In this document: piece after piece, positions 10,107-22,702 of the stretch
Position numbering within the stretch: the stretch's first letter is position 1
Layout: each line of letters opens with the position of its first letter
Assembly (NCBI GenBank): GCA_046483495.1
Contig: JAWODC010000043.1
Coordinates: 1 to 64,000, forward strand
Reading direction: 5' to 3'
Source of the DNA: Desulfobacterales bacterium
GTDB taxonomy: Bacteria; Desulfobacterota; Desulfobacteria; Desulfobacterales; UBA5616
DNA: 64,000 nucleotides
Notes under the pieces: generated by a model
Databases searched by the model: none
What the model was told of the DNA's origin: nothing
What the model saw: the letters and a program-made list of their open reading frames with translations, nothing else
Program-made: the position numbers and the translations under genes

Positions 10107-11117
10107 TCAAGAATCATCATCCATTTGACCGCTTTCCGATGCGATTGTTCGTCCCGAATCACCGGATTTTCTGAACCAGCCGATCAAGAAACCGTCGATC
10201 ATTAAATGCGTCACATGATGAAGAACACAAACCACCAGGACCATCCCGTATCCCGGGAAAAGCGCCACCTGCAGGATAACCGAAAGCGGAAGCGTTTTCT
10301 GAACGCCCATGAACACAATGCTTTCCCGCCGGCCGGGCCCGATCTTCAAGCCGCCGACCATGAGAAAGGCGGAAATCAGCGCCAGGAGATGGAAAATAAT
10401 GACCACGACAAGGGTTTCGCCGACCATGTGGTGGTTTTCAATGATGGCTTCACGTGATTCCGAGAGGGACATCCATACGATACCCAACACAAAAATTTGG
10501 TTGAGTTTATTCAGCCGTGGGCTGATTCTGCTGAAAAATGAATCGATAAACCGCCGAAAAATTATACCGACCCCAAGCGGTACAAGCACAAACAGCCCGA
10601 TTTTGATCATGATCGGCAGCTTTTCGAACGCGACCTCCGCCGGGTTGCCCAATGTGTCCAAAAGTCCGGAGAGGACCAACGGTATGGTCACGATGGACAG
10701 GCTGTTGGCCGATATGGTGATGAGCAGGGCATGTGCAATGTTTCCGCCGGAAGCCCCCGTCATGACCACCCCGCTGGATAGCGTGGTCGGCATTGACGCC
10801 ACGAGAAAAATGCCGATTTTTATTTCCGTTGAAACCGGCAAAACGCCGATAACGGCCGCCCAAAGCGGAGTGATGACAAATATCAGTGCCAGTGCCGGCG
10901 CCAAACCCTTTATATCCGTCGCTCCGGAACGAATTTGGTCTGCATTCAACATCAAACCTGAAAAGAAAAAGATCAAGATGATAGCCGCATCCGGACCGTG
11001 GCGGGATTTTACGTTGACCCCCAGTCGGCTGACGGCCCCGGTGAAATCCCACACTGTCGCCGCAAATACAAGCCCCAGCCCGATAACGAACCAGTGCCGT
11101 TTAAACCATTCAATCAA
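10107..11117 (-). CDS. Bile acid:sodium symporter family (SBF-like) transporter
   Basis: Hydrophobic; IFFFSGL, MPTTLSSGVVMT, QKTLP motifs; probable TTG start at 11117 after AAGGA. Confidence 0.8.
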   Translation of the reverse strand: MIEWFKRHWFVIGLGLVFAATVWDFTGAVSRLGVNVKSRHGPDAAIILIFFFSGLMLNADQIRSGATDIKGLAPALALIFVITPLWAAVIGVLPVSTEIKIGIFLVASMPTTLSSGVVMTGASGGNIAHALLITISANSLSIVTIPLVLSGLLDTLGNPAEVAFEKLPIMIKIGLFVLVPLGVGIIFRRFIDSFFSRISPRLNKLNQIFVLGIVWMSLSESREAIIENHHMVGETLVVVIIFHLLALISAFLMVGGLKIGPGRRESIVFMGVQKTLPLSVILQVALFPGYGMVLVVCVLHHVTHLMIDGFLIGWFRKSGDSGRTIASESGQMDDDS

Positions 11118-11550
11118 TCCGCTTGTCCTTTCAGAAAACACGCAAGAGCAATGAAGCATGCGAAATCGGATTTTCGGACAATACCACAGAAGCGGCAAAA
11201 AATATCGCCCGATCCCATATATTATTCATCGATTTTCGGTTTTCATATCGAAGACCTGAACCGAGTCGCAACGTAAACATGCTGAAAATATTGGAAGCAA
11301 AACCGATTTTACTCTACATCTTGTATCAGGCTGTCGCCTTCATACCTTCCGTAGTGTTTTATTTGCTTTACAAATCAGCAATTTCCTGTTAAGGGTAAAC
11401 ACCGAAAAAATCGGTATGAACAAAACCGCACGCTTTGCTCCCGGAGGTCCGAAACGATGACCAGGACCACCCCATGACAGGGGATACGTTTCCAGGTTGA
11501 CACGGGTAAGGCCGAACCCTTTTTTGCATCTTAACAGGAGATTTGCCGGC

Positions 11551-14500
11551 ATGAAAATCAAACGGCTGGAAATTACCGGATTCAAATCCTTTGTGGATAA
11601 GACCGCCATTGAGTTTCCCATCGGCATATCCGCCATTGTCGGTCCGAATGGATGCGGAAAAAGCAATATTATCGATGCACTCCGATGGGTGATGGGCGAA
11701 CAGAGCATTAAACAACTCAGGGGCAAAGCCATGGAAGACGTCATCTTTTCCGGGACGAACGGGCGCCCTCCCATGGGAATGGCGGAAGTTTCCCTGACCC
11801 TCTTGAATGATAACGGCTCCGCTCCTGAAGAGCTGAAAGATTTTACCGAAATTATGCTCACGCGGCGGCTTTACCGGTCGGGAGAAAGCGCCTATTTAAT
11901 CAATAAGCAGCCCTGCCGCTTAAAGGACATTCATAACGTGTTTTTGGGCAGCGGCATGGGGTCCAAGTCTTACTCCGTAATTCAGCAGGGGAATGTCGGC
12001 GCGATTACGGATGCAGGCCCCGATGAGCGACGATACTTTATCGAAGAGGCGGCCGGAATTACCCGCTACAAAAACAGAAAAACGGAAGCCCTTCGAAAGG
12101 TTGAAAGCACAAAGCAGAATCTGCTTCGGGTGATGGACATCACCGCCGAGCTGAACCGGCAAATGGGCGGACTGAAACGCCAGGCCAAAAAAGCCGAAGT
12201 GTATCAGAGGCTTTACGACAGGATCCGCTATCTGGACATCTATTTAGGCTTGAATCAATATGAAGAAATAACTTCCAGGAGAGCGGATGCCGCCGGCATG
12301 CTGAACCGGCTTCAGGATAAAGACCAGCGGCACGCTACACAATTAATGGAATTCGACGCCGAAGTGGAGCGTATAAAGCTTAAGCGTCAGGAACAATTGC
12401 AGAGAATCTCCGATCAGAAATCCGAGCTTCATGACATACAGCGCAGCATCGACAAGATGGAAAATGATCTGTCCCATCTCAGGAATGAGAAGGCTGCACT
12501 GGACGAGGAAATTACAGGTTTTGAATCGGTGCGCGAGGAGATCGGCGAAAAAAACGCCGATATGGTCTCTGAGATCGACGCGGTCAGGGAAGAGCATCAA
12601 CGATATGTATCGGAACTGGATAACATCAGGGAACACATCGAAAATGAACAGAAAGCCTCCAGGCAGGTTGAAGAAACTCTGGCGGAACTCAATCACAGGC
12701 TGGATGCAAAAAAAGCGGAATTGATGAACCTGGTGGCTGAGGAGGCGAAATACAAAAGCATTTATCAAAATGCGGCACAAAACATCGAAAACCTTAAAAG
12801 ACGTCTGAAAAAGATCGGCGAGGAGGAATACACCGCTTCCGCAAATGTCACCCGTCTGGAAAGGGAGATCCAAAATGCAGAAGAAGAACTCGAGTCCGTC
12901 AAATGCCGGATTCGTGATGTGGACGATCAGACCGCCGGACTCAGGGTTCACCTGGAGGAACAAAACTCGGCCCTGACGCTCGTCGTCAAGCAGCTGCAGG
13001 CGCTTGAAAAGGAAAAACATCAGGCCGATTCCAAATATGCCGCACTGCGCAAGATGCAGGATAGTTATCAATGGTATAAGGACGGCGTTCGGGCGATCAT
13101 GAAGAGAGCGGCCGTCGAAAAGGGTAACCGGGATCAGGACGAAAATGCCGGTCCTGTTATTGGATTGATTGCCGACATTCTGGAGCCGGAAAGCTCCTTT
13201 GAAACAGCGGTAGAGGCGGTGTTGGGTGAGTCGTTGCAATACATTCTCATCAGCGGACAGCAGGCCGGGATCGACGCCATCAAATTCCTCGCGGAAAACA
13301 CCTCCGGAAGAAGCGGTTTTGTCCCCGTGTTGGAACTCAAAGATACGTGGTGCGATTCCTGGAAAAAGCCCTACTCGTCAAAACTGCTGCTGAATCATAT
13401 CTCGATCAAACCGGGGTATGAAAGACTTGCTCACGCGCTTTTGGGAAACGTGGTGATCGTCGATGACTTGCAAAGAGCCATAGACGTATATCATCAAAAC
13501 GAATGCCATCAGGCGATTGTCACAAAGGATGGAAACGTCATTACGCCTCAGGGCATCATGATCGGCGGCAGTAAGGAGAATTTGGCCGGAATTCTCGAAA
13601 AGAAATATGAGATGCGGCAACTCGAGAGCAGAATTTCCGAATTGGAAAACCTTATCGCCGAAAGTCAACGTGAATTCGAAAAACTGGAGAACGTGATCCG
13701 GGGCCTTGAAAACGATCTTCAGAAACTTTTGGAGAATAAACACAAGCTCTCGCGCGATGAAGTGGAAGCCGAAAAATCCCTGTACAAGATATCGGAAGAT
13801 CTGCGTCATGCCAAAACCCATCTCGAAATTGTTCGACTCGAACAGGAACAACTTATGGGCGAGGAAGACGACATCAATGAAGAAATGGACAGCCACACCC
13901 GGACGTTGGCCGACATTGAAAACCGCGTCAAAAATTCGCAGGAAGATGTTGCCCGGGCATCTCATGACATTGACAGCGTGTCCAATGAACTTGAATCCTA
14001 CAATCGAAAAATCGTCGATCTGAAACTGAGCCTTACCGAAAAGAATGCCGGGTTTGAAAACAGCGCCCATACGCTGAGACGCCTTCAGGATTTTTACGAG
14101 GAGGGGAAAAAGCGACTGGCGCAACTCACTTCGGATATCGAGCAGAAACAGAATAAAAAACGGCTGCTGGAAAAGCGAATAGAAGAATCCGGACCCCGGT
14201 TGGAAGGAATGTACACAACGATGGACAGCCTTCACAAGGAAATCGAAATTGCGGAAGTGGATTATCAGACCATCGATGAGGCGTTGAAGAGCAGTGCGGA
14301 TGAAATCGAAGGCATCAGAAATGAACGGGAACAGATACTCCGAAATATCCGGTTAATCGAGGTGGAAAAGTCCCAGTTGGAAATGAAGCGGGAAAATCTG
14401 GCAAATCGTTTGACCGAACGCTATCAACTGCCGTTTTCGGAACTGTCCTCGGAGCTCGCTTCCATTTCAGATCGCCACGAAGATTGTACACGCATGTCGC

Positions 14501-15195
14501 TCGATCAAATGAATGCCGAAATGGCGCGCTGCCGAAGCAAAATCGAGAAAATCCAAGACGTCAATCTGGGTGCCATAAAGGAATTTGAACAGCTTAAAAT
14601 CCGATTCGATTTCCTGGAAGAGCAACGCGCCGATTTGGAAAACGCCATAGCGAATCTGTACAAGGTCATCCGTAAAATAAACCGCATTACACAGGAGAAA
14701 TTTCTGAAAACGTTTAATGACATAAACGAAAAACTGAATGTGGTATTCCCCAAGCTGTTTGAAGGCGGTACTGCAAAACTGGTGATGACCGACCCGCAAA
14801 ATCCGCTCGATACCGGGGTGGAGTTCATGATCCATCCACCCGGGAAAAAATTGACCCGATTAAGCCTGCTTTCAGGGGGCGAGAAGGCGCTTTCCGCCAT
14901 TGCGTTCATTTTTTCGATCTACCTCATCAGGCCCACTTCCTTTTGCCTGATGGATGAAATCGATGCGCCGCTCGATGACGCAAATGTTTTTCGGTTTAAT
15001 GATCTTCTAAAAATTATCGGCGAAAAGTCTCAAATTATCATGATCACCCACAACAAAAACTCCATGGAATTCGCGGATTCCCTTTTCGGCGTCACCATGG
15101 AGAAAAAGGGCGTATCCAAGCTTGTTTCCGTGAATTTTGAACGGCAGGAAGCGCGGGCGAACCAGGATGTGTCCAAAATGCATTACGAGAGGTAA
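11551..15195 (+). CDS. smc: Chromosome segregation protein SMC
   Basis: GFKSF, GPNGCGKSN, coiled coils, hinge region, LSGGEK, DEIDAPLD. Confidence 0.97.
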   Translation: MKIKRLEITGFKSFVDKTAIEFPIGISAIVGPNGCGKSNIIDALRWVMGEQSIKQLRGKAMEDVIFSGTNGRPPMGMAEVSLTLLNDNGSAPEELKDFTEIMLTRRLYRSGESAYLINKQPCRLKDIHNVFLGSGMGSKSYSVIQQGNVGAITDAGPDERRYFIEEAAGITRYKNRKTEALRKVESTKQNLLRVMDITAELNRQMGGLKRQAKKAEVYQRLYDRIRYLDIYLGLNQYEEITSRRADAAGMLNRLQDKDQRHATQLMEFDAEVERIKLKRQEQLQRISDQKSELHDIQRSIDKMENDLSHLRNEKAALDEEITGFESVREEIGEKNADMVSEIDAVREEHQRYVSELDNIREHIENEQKASRQVEETLAELNHRLDAKKAELMNLVAEEAKYKSIYQNAAQNIENLKRRLKKIGEEEYTASANVTRLEREIQNAEEELESVKCRIRDVDDQTAGLRVHLEEQNSALTLVVKQLQALEKEKHQADSKYAALRKMQDSYQWYKDGVRAIMKRAAVEKGNRDQDENAGPVIGLIADILEPESSFETAVEAVLGESLQYILISGQQAGIDAIKFLAENTSGRSGFVPVLELKDTWCDSWKKPYSSKLLLNHISIKPGYERLAHALLGNVVIVDDLQRAIDVYHQNECHQAIVTKDGNVITPQGIMIGGSKENLAGILEKKYEMRQLESRISELENLIAESQREFEKLENVIRGLENDLQKLLENKHKLSRDEVEAEKSLYKISEDLRHAKTHLEIVRLEQEQLMGEEDDINEEMDSHTRTLADIENRVKNSQEDVARASHDIDSVSNELESYNRKIVDLKLSLTEKNAGFENSAHTLRRLQDFYEEGKKRLAQLTSDIEQKQNKKRLLEKRIEESGPRLEGMYTTMDSLHKEIEIAEVDYQTIDEALKSSADEIEGIRNEREQILRNIRLIEVEKSQLEMKRENLANRLTERYQLPFSELSSELASISDRHEDCTRMSLDQMNAEMARCRSKIEKIQDVNLGAIKEFEQLKIRFDFLEEQRADLENAIANLYKVIRKINRITQEKFLKTFNDINEKLNVVFPKLFEGGTAKLVMTDPQNPLDTGVEFMIHPPGKKLTRLSLLSGGEKALSAIAFIFSIYLIRPTSFCLMDEIDAPLDDANVFRFNDLLKIIGEKSQIIMITHNKNSMEFADSLFGVTMEKKGVSKLVSVNFERQEARANQDVSKMHYER

Positions 15196-15198
15196 CCA

Positions 15199-16371
15199 TT
15201 GGCATTTAACTGGTTTAGAAAAAAAAATAAAAATGAAGAAGCCGAAGCGGTACCCACGGCGGGAGAAAAATCGCAAATCCCCGCTCCGATCGATTCCGAT
15301 GCAAAGCATCCGTTGCCGGAATCCGCAGAAAACGTAGAACCGGAAGACCTGGCATCCGAATCTCCCTCACCCCCCTTGGGCCCTGCTGCTGAAGAAGCAG
15401 AACCATTGCCCGGGGCCGAAACATTAACGGAGCCGGAATCGACTGAAGGCCGTTTTGGTGAATCCGGGGGGAATTTTTTCCAGCGCCTCAAAAAAGGGCT
15501 TTCAAAGACACGGTACATACTGACCACCGATATCGATCGGCTGTTCACCGGCGATCAAGAGGTCGGGGAAGACATGCTGGAAGATCTCGAAGAACTTCTG
15601 ATCACGGCCGATATCGGTGTTCGGACCACCATGGATATCGTCGAAAATATCTCGAAAACATCCTCGAAAATCAAAAAGGCTTCGGATTTGAAGGCCCGGT
15701 TAAAGGAAGAACTGCTCTCCCTTATTCCTGAACCTTCGTTTCATATCAACCAAACCCCCGGGACGCCCTTCGTAGTCATGATCGTCGGCGTCAACGGGGT
15801 CGGCAAAACGACCACTATCGGAAAGCTCGCTTCCAAAGACACAGCGGGCGGCAAAAAAGTGATGATCGCGGCAAGCGACACCTTTCGGGCCGCCGCCGTT
15901 GAACAGCTTGACATCTGGGCCCGCCGTGCAGGGGCCGATATCGTTAAGCATCGGGACAATGCCGACCCCGCGGCTGTGGCATTTGATGCTGTGGCTTCCG
16001 CCAAATCCAGGGGAATGGATCGCGTTTACATCGACACCGCCGGTCGACTGCATACCAAGACCAATCTCATGGAAGAGTTGAAAAAAATCAAACGGTCCGT
16101 GTCCAAACAAATTCCCGAGGCACCGCATGAGGTTTTGCTGGTCCTCGATGCCACCACCGGTCAGAATGCCCTTTCTCAGGCGGAAATATTTACACGAGAA
16201 CTCGGCATCAGCGGCATCATTCTGACCAAACTGGACGGAACGGCAAAGGGAGGCATCGTCTTCAGCATCTGCAACACCCTGAATATACCTCTAAAATATA
16301 TCGGCGTCGGAGAAGCTATCGAAGACTTGCAGGATTTCGAACCGGAAAATTTCGTCAACGCACTGCTTTAA
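15199..16371 (+). CDS. ftsY: Signal recognition particle receptor FtsY
   Basis: Acidic N-region, GVNGVGKTTTIGK, DTFRAAA, DTAGR, TKLDGTAKGG; TTG start. Confidence 0.97.
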   Translation: MAFNWFRKKNKNEEAEAVPTAGEKSQIPAPIDSDAKHPLPESAENVEPEDLASESPSPPLGPAAEEAEPLPGAETLTEPESTEGRFGESGGNFFQRLKKGLSKTRYILTTDIDRLFTGDQEVGEDMLEDLEELLITADIGVRTTMDIVENISKTSSKIKKASDLKARLKEELLSLIPEPSFHINQTPGTPFVVMIVGVNGVGKTTTIGKLASKDTAGGKKVMIAASDTFRAAAVEQLDIWARRAGADIVKHRDNADPAAVAFDAVASAKSRGMDRVYIDTAGRLHTKTNLMEELKKIKRSVSKQIPEAPHEVLLVLDATTGQNALSQAEIFTRELGISGIILTKLDGTAKGGIVFSICNTLNIPLKYIGVGEAIEDLQDFEPENFVNALL

Positions 16372-16518
16372 CCCGGGCGCCCGCATTCAGCGGCCGCGGG
16401 TTGGTTGGATGCGGCCGAAATATAAATCAATGCCCCCGTGATACATTGAATATAAAGGATTTGCCGTGCTTTATTCCCGCAAATACACTGTTTCTGGGGC
16501 TTAAAGGTTGTTTTTTTA

Positions 16519-16547
16519 TTGACATTGAAGAAAACCTTATGTATGGA
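16519..16547 (+). promoter_or_regulatory. Putative sigma70 promoter for the HU gene
   Basis: TTGACA-17 bp-TATGGA; weak -10 match. Confidence 0.35.
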
Positions 16548-16747
16548 CCTTTAAAACAGCGGCGTTTGAGGTTTTCAATTCTAACTAGTGTCCATCCGGA
16601 AATGAGAAAATTCGATTCAATTCAAGGCGTCCGGGAAATTGTTAACCGTAAAAATTCGTGTTGAGGATGAATATTTTCCTGCCGACGCAGAAATGAAATG
16701 AATAAGCCGTTTCTGAATGTGCACTGACTAAAGGGGGGGGAAGTAAA

Positions 16748-17020
16748 ATGACGAAGCAAGAGATTGTTGAAAAAATGGCAAATGACGCTGGCATTTCAAG
16801 GGTAGCAGCCACCACCGCTCTAAATTCCTTCATGGACAGTGTGACCAAAGCCCTTAAGAAGAAAGACGGGAAAGTCACTCTTGTAGGATTCGGCACATTC
16901 TCCAAAACCCGCCGAAAAGCCAGAAAAGGACGGAATCCTCAAACCGGAGAAGCGATCAAAATCAAAGCTTCCAACGTTGTTAAGTTCAAGCCGGGCAAAA
17001 AACTGAAAGATGCGATCTAA
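16748..17020 (+). CDS. hup: HU family DNA-binding protein
   Basis: VTLVGFGTF, RKARKGRNPQTG, FKPGKKLK. Confidence 0.95.
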   Translation: MTKQEIVEKMANDAGISRVAATTALNSFMDSVTKALKKKDGKVTLVGFGTFSKTRRKARKGRNPQTGEAIKIKASNVVKFKPGKKLKDAI

Positions 17021-17048
17021 CCGTCCTGATTAAGAAGGATTGTAGTTT

Positions 17049-17088
17049 CAAGGCGATCCGGTTTTTTATCGGATCGCCTTGTTTATTT
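17049..17088. terminator. Intrinsic terminator between convergent hup and ligA
   Basis: 12-bp stem CAAGGCGATCCG/CGGATCGCCTTG followed by TTTATTT. Confidence 0.75.
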
Positions 17089-17102
17089 CATCGCTGACGC
17101 AA

Positions 17103-19157
<2,055 letters not shown>

Positions 19158-19249
19158 TTATCTCAACCGGCGGCACTCCGGCCTGAGACGCCCGCTTATT
19201 TTTCCGCGGGGCCGGCGTGCGTCTGCCGGACCGATGCACGCGCTGTTTT

Positions 19250-19504
19250 CTATCCCTCCGGCGTTGTCAACTCAGAGAGCGAATCCTTGATTTCATCGAT
19301 CGTGTCATAGAGCCATAGTAGATCTTCCATGGACAGCCGCCCGGCTTTGCGTTGACTTTCCGTGCCGTCTTTCTTGATAAAAATTCTCGGACCGATCTGC
19401 ACCTTTGCTTCCCCCTGGTTGTAACGGTGGATGGAGACAACAAGACCGGTTTCATCGCATCGCCATGATTTTAAAACGGCATCTTTTTCCGGGTCAAACG
19501 GCAT
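19250..19504 (-). CDS. Small hypothetical protein (84 aa), possibly PC4/YdbC-like fold
   Basis: Strong SD (AGAGGAGG region); co-oriented between glyS and ligA; beta-strand-rich core followed by an amphipathic helix. Confidence 0.7.
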   Translation of the reverse strand: MPFDPEKDAVLKSWRCDETGLVVSIHRYNQGEAKVQIGPRIFIKKDGTESQRKAGRLSMEDLLWLYDTIDEIKDSLSELTTPEG

Positions 19505-19557
19505 TTCTATTCCTCCTATGTCTTACTTGTGCCCTCATAGTTTTGTGATTTCTTTTG

Positions 19558-21675
19558 CTATGCCGATAATTTCGAGAAATCGGCAATGGTTTCAAAAAGT
19601 GCGGCAATCCCGGCCAGCAGGGCCAACCGGTTGTTTCGAATGCTTTCATTTTCATCCATGACCAGGACCCCATCGAAGAAGCGGTCAACGGGCTTTCTAA
19701 GGGACGATATAATCCGCAAGGCCTCATCGAAATCTCCGGTTTTCAGTTTCTCCGTGACCTCCGTGCGAACGTCGATAAACGCATGATACAGGTCCGTTTC
19801 GCATGGGTCTTCGAACAAATCGACATTCACGTCGATTGAGCCCTGGAAGTAATCCATATCCGTTTTTTTCGGCGCAGATTTTTTGATGATATTGACCACT
19901 CGTTTAAATGCAATTTCCAGCGGCTCATAGTCCGGCGCCTGTTTAAGCTGCTGCAGTGCTTCTGTTTTTTTCCATGCATCGACAACGGATTCTATGGAAA
20001 CAGCGGTAACAGCGGCAATGACGTCTTTTTCATAGCCCTCCTCCGCCATTAAATGAGAAATGCGGTCTTTCAAAAACCGATATACAAGCGCTGAGGTTTT
20101 ATCTGTTTTTGCCCGGTCGTTCGGGTTGTAGAGGGAGCTGCTTTCTTCGATTATACGCATCAACGAGAACTGGAATCCTTTATCCCGAATGATCTGCAGC
20201 AATCCGATCCCTTGGCGCCTCAATCCGTAGGGGTCGGATGCCCCCGAGGGAATCAGACCGGCGGAAAAGCATCCGCAAATCGAGTCCAGCTTGTCGGCAA
20301 TGCCGATAACGGCGCCGATTACGGTACCCGGCAGCGGCCCCCCGGAAAAGGTGGGACGATAGTGCTCCTCTATGGCAGCGGCTACATCATGCGGTTCATT
20401 CTCGTTTTCCGCATATATTCTACCCATAATTCCCTGCAGTTTCGGGAATTCCACGACAACCTGACTTACCAGATCCGCCTTGCACAATGTCGCGGCCCGC
20501 GATATCGAAACGTTATCCATCCCGAGGCAACCCGCGCCGGAATCGGCTTTGATATCATCGGCCAGCAGGCAGGCCAGTTTTTCTACACGCATGGTTTTAT
20601 CATACATGGTGCCGAGATCCGCCTGGAAAAGAACGCCTTTCAATTTCTCAATATTCCGGTCAAACGGTGCGGACAGGTCATTCTCATAAAAAAACATCGC
20701 ATCTTCCAGCCTGGCACGAAGCACCCTTTCGTGCCCTTTAGCCACCCGCTTCATATCCCCGGCCGCCGTATTGTTCACCACGATAAAATTCGGAAGCAGC
20801 TTATCGCCGTCGGTGACGGCAAAATATTTTTGATGCTCCCGCATGGCCGTAATCAATATTTCATCAGGGAGCGCCAAAAACCTGTCATCAAAGGTTCCGA
20901 TACACACCGCCGGAAATTCCACCAGATGCGTGACGACGTTCAGCAGTTCCTCATCAGGCATTATATCACCGTTTATTTCTTCAGCCGCGGTGCGAACGTC
21001 GTTTTCTATCAATGATTTCCGCTTTTCCACATCAGCGATGACATATGCATTTTCGAGAAGCCGGGTATAGTTCTCCGGAGACGCAATGGCGATTTTTCCG
21101 GGGCTCATGAAGCGGTGCCCGAATGTACGGCGTCCACTTTTACGATTCGCCAGTTGAAAGGGGATAACATCCTTACCCAAAAGGGCAAGAATCGTGTGGA
21201 TCGGCCGTGCGAAATGAATCGACAGATCCGCCCATCGCATGGTTTTGGGAAACGGCAGTGACAAAATAATCTTCGGCAGCAAAGAAGCCAATATCGATTT
21301 TGTGGAAATTCCCTTCCGGGTGATCGAAGCCGCCAGATAGCTGCCTTTGTCTGTTTTTTTTATCACGAGTCGATTTGGATCGATGCCGACCTTTTCGGCG
21401 AATTTCAGCGCTGGAATCAGAAGACTGCCTTCCGCATCCAGGCCGACGCGTTCGGGTGGGCCCAATATTTCCTCGGTAACGGCGGTTTGCTTTTCAGCGA
21501 CATCCTCGATCAGAACCGAAAGGCGCCTTGGCGTGCCGAAACTTCGGGCGCCGTTATACCGTATCCGATGCTCATCCAGGTTTTTTTTCAACGTGGACAC
21601 CAGCGCCGCCAGGGCCGGATCGATGTAGCCGGCCGGCAATTCCTCGGTTCCGATTTCAAGCAAAAAGTGATTCAT
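19558..21675 (-). CDS. glyS: Glycyl-tRNA synthetase beta subunit
   Basis: FLLEIGTEELP, TPRRL, FPKTMRW, RARLEDA, DPYGLRR. Confidence 0.97.
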   Translation of the reverse strand: MNHFLLEIGTEELPAGYIDPALAALVSTLKKNLDEHRIRYNGARSFGTPRRLSVLIEDVAEKQTAVTEEILGPPERVGLDAEGSLLIPALKFAEKVGIDPNRLVIKKTDKGSYLAASITRKGISTKSILASLLPKIILSLPFPKTMRWADLSIHFARPIHTILALLGKDVIPFQLANRKSGRRTFGHRFMSPGKIAIASPENYTRLLENAYVIADVEKRKSLIENDVRTAAEEINGDIMPDEELLNVVTHLVEFPAVCIGTFDDRFLALPDEILITAMREHQKYFAVTDGDKLLPNFIVVNNTAAGDMKRVAKGHERVLRARLEDAMFFYENDLSAPFDRNIEKLKGVLFQADLGTMYDKTMRVEKLACLLADDIKADSGAGCLGMDNVSISRAATLCKADLVSQVVVEFPKLQGIMGRIYAENENEPHDVAAAIEEHYRPTFSGGPLPGTVIGAVIGIADKLDSICGCFSAGLIPSGASDPYGLRRQGIGLLQIIRDKGFQFSLMRIIEESSSLYNPNDRAKTDKTSALVYRFLKDRISHLMAEEGYEKDVIAAVTAVSIESVVDAWKKTEALQQLKQAPDYEPLEIAFKRVVNIIKKSAPKKTDMDYFQGSIDVNVDLFEDPCETDLYHAFIDVRTEVTEKLKTGDFDEALRIISSLRKPVDRFFDGVLVMDENESIRNNRLALLAGIAALFETIADFSKLSA

Positions 21676-21688
21676 CTCATCCCCATAT

Positions 21689-22576
21689 TCATACCGCCGC
21701 AATGGAGTGCTTCTCCAGAAGGGGAAACCCCATGGATTTTCGCTGATCGAGATAGGCTTCCGCGCATGCTCTGGCCAAATTTCGTATTCGGCCGATATAT
21801 CCGGTCCTCTCCGTCACACTGATGGCCCCCCTTGCATCCAGAAGGTTAAAAGTATGAGAGCATTTCAGACAGTATTCATATGCCGGCAGCACCAGCAGCT
21901 TTTCAAGGACGTGCAGCGCTTCCGATTCATACCGGTTGAACAATTCCAGCAGCATATTTACATCGGCTACTTCAAAATTATAGGTGGACTGCTCGACTTC
22001 CTGATGATGATGCAGATCTCCGTATCGGATGGAATCATTCCACCGCAATTCGTAGACGCTGTCCACCTCCTGCAGGTACATGGCAATGCGTTCCAGGCCA
22101 TAGGTAATTTCAACTGAAACGGGTTTTACTTCTATGCTTCCGGCCATTTGGAAATAGGTAAACTGCGTTATTTCCATGCCGTCCAGCCACACTTCCCATC
22201 CCAAACCCGAAGCGCCCAGCGTGGGAGATTCCCAATCATCTTCGACAAAACGGATGTCGTGATCCAAATAGTGAATCCCCAAGGCTTTCAGGCTGTTCAG
22301 ATACTGCTTCTGCACATCGTCGGGCGACGGCTTCAAAATGACCTGAAACTGATAATAATGTTGAAGCCGGTTCGGATTATCACCATATCTCCCATCGGTC
22401 GGACGCCTGGACGGCTGTACATACGCCACCTTCCACGGCTCGGGGCCAAGTGACTTCAACAGTGTGGCGGGATGGAACGTCCCCGCCCCAACTTCCATAT
22501 CATACGGCTGGACCAGTACACATCCGCGCCGCGCCCAGTATTTCTGCAAATGCAATATAACGTCTTGGAAGTCCAT
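21689..22576 (-). CDS. glyQ: Glycyl-tRNA synthetase alpha subunit
   Basis: [38 protein letters not shown]. Confidence 0.98.
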   Translation of the reverse strand: MDFQDVILHLQKYWARRGCVLVQPYDMEVGAGTFHPATLLKSLGPEPWKVAYVQPSRRPTDGRYGDNPNRLQHYYQFQVILKPSPDDVQKQYLNSLKALGIHYLDHDIRFVEDDWESPTLGASGLGWEVWLDGMEITQFTYFQMAGSIEVKPVSVEITYGLERIAMYLQEVDSVYELRWNDSIRYGDLHHHQEVEQSTYNFEVADVNMLLELFNRYESEALHVLEKLLVLPAYEYCLKCSHTFNLLDARGAISVTERTGYIGRIRNLARACAEAYLDQRKSMGFPLLEKHSIAAV

Positions 22577-22702
22577 ATTAACGCCTTACGTATTGGTCTA
22601 AAAGTAAAAAAGCGACACGCGACACTCCCGAGGTGCATGCTGCCGCAAAATCGGGAGATATCCCGTTTAAAGGGGGTTTTTTCTCACATCGGCTTCCAAA
22701 TT

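Noticed and set aside
11457..11500. Chain of tiny overlapping uORFs (MTRTTP, MTGDTFPG) after GGAGG upstream of smc
   Set aside because: Too short to distinguish from chance, and smc has its own SD before ATG 11551.
11551..15195. SMC as part of a Wadjet/MksBEF or other defence system
   Set aside because: Canonical housekeeping SMC with a hinge, next to ftsY, with no jet/mks partner genes.
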